Shown: positions 54,770 to 64,000 of the stretch, in pieces
Position numbering within the stretch: the first letter of the stretch is position 1
Layout: each line of letters starts with the position of its first letter
NCBI GenBank assembly: GCA_002269645.1
Contig: NIVC01001673.1
Span: 1-64,000, forward strand
DNA from: Macrostomum lignano
Taxonomy: Eukaryota
DNA: 64,000 nt
Reading direction: 5' to 3'
Made by a program: the position numbers and the translations under genes
The notes under the pieces: generated by a model
The model's input: only the letters and a program-made list of their open reading frames with translations
The model's database searches: none
Told to the model about the DNA's origin: nothing

Positions 54770-55800
54770 TAAAATCATAGAAGCGTCATTAAAAAAATCA
54801 TAGAAGCGTCATGTAAAAAATCGTAGAAGCGTCATGTAAAAAATCTTAGAAGCGTCATGTAAACAATCATAGAAGCGTCATGTAAACAATCATAGAAGCG
54901 TCATGTAAACAATCATAGAAGCGTCATGTAAACAATCATGGAAGCGTCATGTAAACAATCATAGAAGCGTCATTTAAAAAATCATAGAAGCGTCATATAA
55001 AAATCGTAGAAGCGTCATGTAAACAATCATAGAAGCATCATTTAAAAAATCATAGAAGCGTCATTAAAAAATCATAGAAGCGTCATGTAAAAAATCGTAG
55101 AAGCGTCATGTAAAAAATCTTAGAAGCGTCATGTAAACAATCATAGAAGCGTCATGTAAACAATCATAGAAGCGTCATTTAAAAAATCATAGAAGCGTCA
55201 TATAAAAATCGTAGAAGCGTCATGTAAACAATCATAGAAGCGTCATGTAAACAATCATAGAAGCGTCATGTAAAAAATCATAGAAGCGTCATGTAAACAA
55301 TCATAGAAGCGTCAGGTAAAAAATCATAGAAGCGTCATGTATTGAATCATAGAAGCGTCATGTAAACAATCATAGAAGCGTCATGTAAACAATCATAGAA
55401 GCGCCATGTAAAAAATCATAGAAGCGTCATGTAAACAATCATAGAAGCGTCAGGTAAAAAATCATAGAAGCGTCATGTATTGAATCATAGAAGCGTCATG
55501 TAAACAATCATAGAAGCGTCATGTAAACAATCATAGAAGCGCCATGTAAAAAATCATAGAAGCGTCATATAAAAACATAGAAGCGTCATTTAAAAAATCA
55601 TAGAAGCGTCATGTAAAAAATCATAGAAGCGTCATGTAAACAATCATAGAAGCGTCATGTAAATAATCATAGAAGCGTCATGTAAAAATCATAGAAGCGT
55701 CAAGAAAAAATCATAGAAGCCTCATTTAAAAACTAATGAAAGTGTCATTTAAAAAATTAAGAAGCATCACGGTAGAATAAAAGAAACGTCATGTCAGACA
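54770..55800. repeat. Minisatellite, ~23-bp unit AATCATAGAAGCGTCATGTAAA(C/A), ~42 copies
   Basis: Read directly; decays at its right end into the adjacent duplication. Confidence 0.95.
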
Positions 55801-55959
55801 TGAAGGGTTCATGTAAAAATTAAATGCAATTATAGTGCTGTGCTGGGGAGAAAAACTGAGACATAAAGGCTCTCAGAGAATAACTGAGATTACGGGGGGG
55901 GGGGGGGTTTCTGAGATGTCAAAGCAAAAGTCAGAAGCTACTTCAAAGTTCATGTCACG

Positions 55960-56830
55960 GGGGGGGGAGGCGCTGATGGAAGAAAAGTCATGTAAAAAAT
56001 AAAAGTAGCACTATGTATACATAAAAGAAAAGTCATGTCGAAGTTAAAAGATTCATTTGGGAATTGCTACGATGTCAAAGCTTGGTGGAAATCGTTATAG
56101 TGCTGTGATTCTTAAAGAAGGAATCACTAAAATGTCAAGGCTTAGGGGAGAAGAATTGCTGAGATTTCAAGGCTTTAGGTTGGGTTAAAGTTAGGTTTAG
56201 GTCAGGTGTGGGTTGAGGGTTATATTTTATCGGGTTTCAAGGTTAACAGGGGATTTTTTAGATTTCAATGTTTATGGGGGCCATTGCTGACATGTCAAGG
56301 CTTACGGGGGGAATAGCTGACATGTCAAGGCTCATGGGGGTATAAATAAGATTTCAAGGCTAAAGTCAGAAGCTACATGTAGTTTATTGAAAACTTTTTA
56401 TTACATTATTTGATGCCTCCTCAGGGGAAGGATCGCTGATAAAAAAAGCGTAATGTAAAAAATAAAAGAAGCTTCATGTCGAATTTAAGAGATTCATTTG
56501 GGAATCCCTACGATGTCGAGGCTTGCAGGGAATCGCTATAATGCTGTAGTAGTGCTATAATGACTCTTAGAGAGAATTACTGAAATTTCAATGCTTTAGG
56601 GTTAGGTTAGGGTTAGGGTTAGGGTTAGGCTAGGGTTAGGGTTAGAAGGTTGACAGATATTTTTAGATTTCCAATGCTTATTTGGGCCATTGCTGAGATG
56701 TCAAGGGGGGGGAGTTGATATGTTAAAGCTTGTGGGGGGGGAATTACTGACATGTCAAGGCTTACAAGGTTTGACAGGAGATTTTTTAAGATTTGAAGGA
56801 TACATGTAGCTTATTAAAAAAACGTGTATT
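55960..56830. repeat. Diverged ~440-bp tandem duplication, each unit with an interstitial telomere-like tract
   Basis: Shared blocks GATTCATTTGGGAAT..CTACGATGTC, GAGATTTCAA.GCTTTAGG, GGGCCATTGCTGA, AGCTACATGTAG; (TTAGGG)n-like tract at 56596-56645 and a degenerate one at ~56175-56222. Confidence 0.8.
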
Positions 56831-58908
56831 GCATTTCTTTGGCTCCCCAACGGGGGCGTAGATTGCTAGTAAATTAACTAAGTGCAATTTGATTTAGTTT
56901 TTGGCAAGAAAAACTTCAAAAAAAGTTTAGTTTTTTTCAAGGGAAATGAATTTCTTTTTCTTCTTTTGCATTTATTTTCCTAATGAGGCAGATAGGTTGC
57001 AGAACCAATAAACTAAGCCCATAGTTTAGAACACCTTGAATGTATGTCAGACTAAAAACTCCTATAATTTTTTAGTATATACACCAAATTTTTTCCAACC
57101 CAAAATTGTAATCCCAGAAAAAATGTGCCTCATTACGAGCCTTATTTCTAGTTTTTTTGCTTATATTCTTTATAGTGCCAGTGGAAAGTCAATACATGCC
57201 AAGATTTCTTTACTTTTTTTCAAAACAATTACTTTCCATTTCAATTTTCTTTTATTTCACAATTTGATTCTGCAACTATAGGAATATATGCGCCACTTTT
57301 TCACTCTCTATTTTTATATACCAGCATTGCCAGATAGTGTACCAGATTTCAAAAAAAATTTGTATGCCAAGTGTATGCCAAAAGTTGTGTGTATGCCGGA
57401 TTTATCTGGCGTACCATACCTCTTCTGGAGTATGGAACTAAGCATCATGCACTGTTAACATTGAGATTGAGGAAATGATTAGTATATCAATGGTTTTATT
57501 TAGGATTGCAAGGCTTATTAATTGCAAGCTTTAATCTGCAAAGACTTATTCTTTGAGGCCTCAAAGCTTAGCCTGGCGCAGGTAATCCAATTTATCTACT
57601 AGTGGTTAATATTATTTGAGGTTTTAGATATTTTAGTTAGAGTCAATTTGTTTAACTTTAAGATGACAGAGGAGCAACAAAAATATTATTATTATTATTA
57701 TTATTTAATATAAGAAATAAGAAAAATAACTTTATAGTATAGAGCCAATCTTTAAATTTTTATATTTCTATATCAGTAACCAGTTAAAACTCAAATGTTA
57801 TAGACAATTAGACATCTGCTAATTATTTGTTGCCATTTTAAAATTTCATCTTAAATCAGGATTAATTTAATCTTAATATTTAATCAGGTTAATAAACCTT
57901 TAAGTTGATAGAATCTGTAGGCTGTAATGCTAATGCAATTAATTGCAACTCTGCAAGTTCAAGCTGCACTTAGTGAGGTGGGGCGGAGAAAGGTTTAAAA
58001 ACAACAAATTTTGAAAGTTGGTAGTTTTGAAAAGTTGGGTTTCCTCGAAACCGAACGGCGTTGAGTTCGCACAAATTGAATCCGGAAAAATCCGTGTGGA
58101 CGAATCCCAATTGAAATGTCTCGTAGATACTCCGACTGCCGGGGTCCTCAATCCCGGGGGGAGGGTAGTTTAGTCGTAGTCGAGCGGTCTTCGTTGGCGC
58201 GAGCGTTCAGAACGGGTCCTCAGACACCGAATTTATCGTATCTCGTATGTTTGACTTAACTGGTTACTAACAGTAGAGTAGCGCTGCCACCACCGTAATT
58301 CGCGTATTACGGAATGTTGGAGTCTCAGAACTTGCTTCGAGATGAGACTAGGTTGTTTTACGCCCCACGGGCAAATAACTCAAAATAAGCTAGGCTTCAG
58401 GCTATTAATGAAAATTAACGTAAAATCAACTGTTTTATTAGTTCGTAAAAAGTTAAGTTAGTAAAAGTATAAGGGACCGAACCCTACTCCGGCGGATGAT
58501 TTGCCGGTGCCGCGGTGCACGACTGAATAAAACGGCTTACGCTAGTTGTAGTTAAATTGGGCGAATTAAATATTAGTTGTTAAATTGAATAGGGAGAGAG
58601 AGAGCGAGGGTGGGCACAAAACTTAAAGAAGATAGAAAAGCGGGAACCAAACTAAAAACCAAACTAAACCTAACAAAAACAAAAAAAAATAAACTTTAAA
58701 AAAATTGGGCAGCACTAGGGGCACCATTAAATAGAGAATAGGAGCGCAAAAGATGGACAAGTGGGGTCAAACATTGGTGGCAAAAGGTGGTCACGGGGTC
58801 CAAGCATCGAACAAACAAAAATAACACGGAAAGATAGGGAGTTAAACAAAAATTTCCAAAAGAGGGACGCAGAGGTCCAGAAAAAGGAGTGGGAAAACCA
58901 TCGCAAGA

Positions 58909-61900
58909 CCCAGTAAAAAAGGGTAGTCGGAATCCGATCGGAATGTCCGGTCGGAATTTGTCAGCAAAGTGGCTCGTGCAATCCGGTCGTTTTCTAGTCG
59001 GAGTTTTCCGATCGGAATGTGACGCTAATATCCGACTAAATTACGATTAGGTTGTATTTTTCAGAATTTGCTTTTGCATCGGCTAGCTTGCGTAAAAAAT
59101 AAACAAATCGGTTTTCAAAGTGCTTAGCAAAATAATACATTATTTAAAATATTATTCTGCTTGAAGAGTGAAGCACAATAATGATTGGCTATTTAATTTA
59201 CTCAATGCATTGTATATTATGCAATTATAAAGATTACAGTAAGCAATTTCTGCACAACACGTCAAGAGAGTAACTGTATTACACGTGGATGCAAGGAAAC
59301 ATCAAGAAAGAGCATAATAATAATGCAATATATGCAGAAAATGAGTGCCGAAAACAAATAATAAGATACAGAAAACAAATGCAGAATAATACAATAATAT
59401 GATTGATGAACAACACATGAATGCAAAAAGCTAGCTAGCTAGATAAATGTTGTGAACCAAACGGCTGCATTATCAGTCAGCGAACTTACAGCCAGAGTCA
59501 GCAAATGGTTTGTCATCACAGGTGGCGGCAGAGGCGCTTCATTGTCGCAATTGCTTCCCCCACTGACACTCCACAAATGTTGGTCTGGAGCTCTTGCACT
59601 TTCAGACGCCATCGCAGAAGCTCTAAATGGCCTTTGATGCAATCCAGAGAACTCGGAGGATATGGTCCTGCATTGAGTAATTTAGAGAGTTAATGGCATG
59701 ATCAGCAGACCAGTTGGGCACCTTCACTGTCATTAGAAAGATTTGGAAATAAAAAATAAGGAGAATAGTTGTCTTCAGGCAAGGCAAGAAAAAACTTAAC
59801 ATTTGCAATCTTTAAAACTGGTATAAAAGCAATTGGAATATACTATAAGAATAAAAACACAAAGAACACATACCCTTGAAGATCTCGCCAAAGTATGCTT
59901 GTACATATTCAAAGACAATTTGACCTTTGATCCTTGTTAGCTAGGCCTAGTCAGCTCTTCCAGGATCCTTTTCCCCAGTCTTGAACTGAACCTAGAGATC
60001 CCATCCATTATGTAGCAAACAGACTGTGGCACCTTTGCACTAATGCACCACATCTAGACCAGCAGTGTCTGAAATAGAAGTAGAAGCCATTGATAAGATA
60101 ATAATACAAGCTATAGCATGCTTAGTAAAGCTAGAACTAGGGGCCTAGTCTTAGTCTAACAGTGCCCTATGATAACTAAGAGAAATAATATAAACAATAA
60201 AAAATTAATACTAGCATAATCAAAATGTACAATCATATTTACTATTATAAATAATGTATTCTAAGGATATAATGTCCTGAGTATTTTTTATCTTATTGAC
60301 CTGTTGTCTATTTGAACTTTCATTTGACATTGAGATATATAGTACTTTATTTATCTAAATATACTAAATCTTAATATTTCTAAAGGCAAAATTAAAAGAC
60401 CAAATTATTCTAAGTCTTAGCTAGGGTCTGGATTGTGTAATAGTGTATGCTATAACAAGAATCTTATCTTAGCTAAATGTATGCCAGTGTATGCCAAAAA
60501 CAAAAAAATCCTTAAAATGTAAACTAAAAAAGCCTCCTAAAAAGGTCATTTGGTTTTCACAAGTTGAGTTTCCTAAGAAAGGTTTTTGTATGAAAAGTAT
60601 TCTTTAAAATATTATAAATATTTTCATTTTAGACAAACTTAATTGTACCTATAAAAATAATGATGCAACATTTACATTTTAATAATAATTTTACTACTCT
60701 AAATCATTTTAATTATAAAGAAGTAGAAAGTTTATTATTAATTTCTTGAGTATACAAATATTTCTTTATTTTACATAAAAGCATTAATTTACATTGAAAT
60801 TTTCATGCTCAACATAAATTTATTCACCAAAAGTTGTATGCCAACTTTAAAATGAGTCATTTGACATTTGCATATCCAAATTTTCTGACATACATAACAT
60901 TCCAGAGTCTTAGTTTAATTAGAGTTCTAGAGTTCTAAGCATAGAAATGTTTTATAAGCAAGTGTAAATAGCTATTGACATGTGGCCTATATTATTTACT
61001 TACTAGGCCTAGTCTATAAATAATAAGTTAATAATTCTTCATTATATTACTAAAAAGAAAGTCTTATCTAAAAGCAAATTATAATATACAATTGTAAACT
61101 ATAGACATTATTCAATTACTTTGCTTAAATGCCTTAGCCTAAACAAATGTCTATTGATTGTTAGGTAGGTATTGAGTAAACCTAATAAGACACACTTAAA
61201 TGTCTAAAGTAAGTTTAACTAGGGCCTGGCCAAGGCCCTATATTTTTAGATTCAATGACTAAAAGCCTAAAACTAGGTAGTATTAATTTCATATATAAGA
61301 AAAACAAGGTATAAGTTGTAGTTGTAGTTAAATGAAAATACTGCTTTAAAGACAATCTTGAGAAAAATGTGTAGCAAAATAGGCTAGGCCTAGGCCCTAG
61401 TAAAGTAGGAATTGCAATAGGAGTAGGCCTAGGAGTATTGCAATTAGCAATAATTAATAAGATAGTGGTTAGGCATTAAGTAGGTTTTTAATAACCATTT
61501 AGTAATATTTTTTGCCAGTGCCAGTGCTAGTGCCAGTGGAAAGACGCTATAAGCAAAAATATAACGAAAAGGTTATAAAGAGAAGAAGGTAAAAAAGAAA
61601 TCGCTTTTTAAATACTTTCGATATAAATTGGATGGCCAGCATTTTTTTTGTGGCATCAAAACAAAAACTGAATTATTGTAGTAATTTTTTGTATCATAAA
61701 GGTATATTCTGCACATTCTGGCAATACATAAAAGCAAGAAAACACGTTTAGTACAGCACATGCGTTATGAATATGGCTGTATCGGAAAGTAGGAAGAAAA
61801 ATGAGTACAAATTCCGATCGGAAGAACAAGAGATGGTTTCCGACTAATTTCCGATTGCGCAAATATAGCTCGAAAAACATTTTCTTGTATTACTTTATGC

Positions 61901-62026
61901 TTATTATCATAGTAACGTGTTATATAAAACAAAATATTGTGGTTTAAACCTTTTCCGGCAAATTCCGACTGCCGATTAAATTCCGATCAGATTCCAATCG
62001 ATTTCCGACTACCCTTTTTTACTGGG
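58909..62026. mobile_element. Non-autonomous CMC/EnSpm (CACTA-superfamily)-type TIR element, 3118 bp
   Basis: Identical 24-bp termini CCCAGTAAAAAAGGGTAGTCGGAA; subterminal TCGGAA/TTCCGA motif clusters at both ends; 2-bp TSD GA (58907-08, 62027-28); AT-rich interior with no transposase ORF. Confidence 0.85.
60454..60910 (+). repeat. Dispersed AT-rich repeat, copy 2 (homologous to 26571-27058), inside the CMC element
   Basis: Same collinear blocks as copy 1. Confidence 0.8.
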
Positions 62027-64000
62027 GAACGGGGAGACTGACGAAATAAGCCAACGACTGGGGGCACAGGGTGGACACAGAGGACCAAAAACTGGGGACA
62101 GTGGGAAAGGGTCAGAAGGTGGTTTAATAAGTCACGTAAACTAAATTTAGAAATTAAAATAATAAAGTTCACTAAATTGTTAGTGGCAGCCCCCAACTGC
62201 CACATTAGTCTACATTTTCTTAGAAAAATAATGAAACGAAAAAATGCACAAATTACGGATAATAGTAAGAAAATCCACCAAACGTTTAAGTGTGACTGTA
62301 TTAATTTTTTATTTGTGTGACGACGTCGTTAACATCTTAAATTTTTAGTTTCTATGTGAGTTTTTATTACTTAAAATTATTGTAGTTGATTAATTTGCAG
62401 GTTCCCCAGCTATTAATTTAATGTAATTTATTTAGAAAAGAATGTACTTTAAGTTTTATTTATTTAAGTCCAAGTTATTACTACTTTTTTGATAGATATC
62501 TTAGGTTTAAATGAATCGGATTTCCCCGCCAATTTAAATGTTGCCTCGCGCTCGTTAATTGTACTTTCCTCTACTCGGCGTTTTGTCTCGTGCCCCGCGT
62601 GTCAACACTACTACTAATTGAACTAGCTAACGAATAAATAATTAAATAAATAATTAATTAAATAATCGCTTACTAAATCTCGAACTCGCTACGCTACGCC
62701 ACAATTTGTCAAATCTAATTAACCGAATTTAATAAATACTTTATAAATATATATAAATTTGTTTTACTCGTATTTCAAAACAAAATTTATCTGGCACAGC
62801 TGGAGTTTAATCCACTTCGGTAATAATAGCCATTTTGGTAACAGCCACTTGGGTAACAAAGCAAATTTACAATTGTCAACACTATTTTTATGATAATTAA
62901 GTTTAGCAATAATTAGTTTAATAATTAACATCTTAAATATCTTATAGCACATATCATTAAACTTTCTTTTGAAATGGATTAGTGTTCTCTCGTTTTCACT
63001 CTGTTCCTTGTCACGTGCGCTAGTCATCGTCTTGTGGCCTGTAACGACGAACTCTACTGTGAAGACTTAATTTATTACCTGCTACATGTAGATTAAAAAG
63101 CTTTCATCCTTTATTAAATTCTACAAAAGCCTGCCTTTTCCGATTAGCAAAGCCAGTCAATTAAAAAATGAAGATTCCTAGCTAAAACTATAAAATTAGG
63201 TCTATAAATGCACTTTACGAACTAATTCATCATATAATTCTATTCGTACGACTGTCATCCAAAAATTGTATGAATAAATGTACAGATTCTTTTTTTCAGT
63301 TTTACATTACATAAATTTAAGAAACGGATAAACTTCGGTTTTTTAACTACCAAAACAGCAACCTTTCTAGGAACAAGTAGAAAAGTATTCATATACTAAC
63401 TTTTGTTACCAGGGACAACTGAGTCACTCTAGTTGTCCTGGTGTTACCCACAAGGCCAAAGTAGTTTTTACCTTTGTGAAGTTATGGCAGGCTCATAAAG
63501 CCTCGATCTTGTCGGCGAGGCGTCAAAAGTGTCTACATGTGCCTAACATACACGTAGCTAAGGACCACCGTATAACTGCACGACCTGTTAAACCCCAGCT
63601 GACTAGCCAAAGTGCTAGCTCCTCGTGGTCGGAAAAGGACAAAGATGCTGTGGGGGAGACCAGCTCCTCTGACCGCGATCTCTCGATCCTCATCTGCACC
63701 GGAAGGCTGGTGGAAGACGATCGTGCAAAACAAGTTTTATTTGTGAATGGAGGCCAGCGCCTGCTCAGCTGAGCGCACCGCGGCCGAGGCTGCAGGTCTG
63801 GTCCAGCCTACAACAGAAGACATGCGTGCGAGAGCTTTCAACCAAAGCTGAGCCGGCCATTACCAGGTGTGGGAATTTTTGAGATGTTGGTGGAAACCGT
63901 GAAGTCAGCTTGCAGAATGCATTTTATACCTGACTCAGTCCAGTACTCATACGTGTTTAAATGCCTGCCGTCAAATCACAGCCCTCACTCAGTATATCTA

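Noticed and set aside
57322-57440. hAT-like terminus CAGCATTGCCAGAT
   Set aside because: No matching opposite end or 8-bp TSD located.
58000-63050. LTR retrotransposon flanking the CMC element (PBS-like TGGTGGCAGCG, TGTAACG)
   Set aside because: No paired LTRs and no gag/pol motifs found.

Overview
Eukaryotic (metazoan) genomic DNA, not prokaryotic. It has GC-rich spliceosomal genes, dense mini- and microsatellites, AT-rich transposon graveyards and TTAGGG repeats. The style resembles a free-living flatworm such as Macrostomum, but that is inference only. Genes I could reconstruct by hand: a 6-finger C2H2 zinc-finger protein, a 627-aa low-complexity orphan protein, Ssu72, a WDR55/JIP5-like protein, a small single-pass membrane protein, a secreted WSC-domain protein, a solitary histone H4 with its 3' stem-loop, a TAX1BP1/CALCOCO-family autophagy receptor and WDR24 (GATOR2). 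Mobile elements: a complete-ended MULE derivative (9-bp TSD; PHD+FLYWCH, DDE core deleted), a non-autonomous CMC/EnSpm-type element (2-bp TSD), an R2-like RLE retrotransposon fragment and an R1/LOA-like RT fragment. The most striking structure: 12 of 14 fully inferred introns hold a tandem array, nearly always with its own unit. Several units carry branch-point or splice-site motifs, or are copied from the adjacent splice junction or stop codon. Also notable: three orphan histone stem-loops with no histone CDS, a 19-copy DR4-like nuclear-receptor site array, and many TACATGTA/TAGGCCTA palindromes that may be excision footprints. Most long ORFs in the supplied track are repeat artefacts. Five apparent frameshifts look like long-read indel errors.
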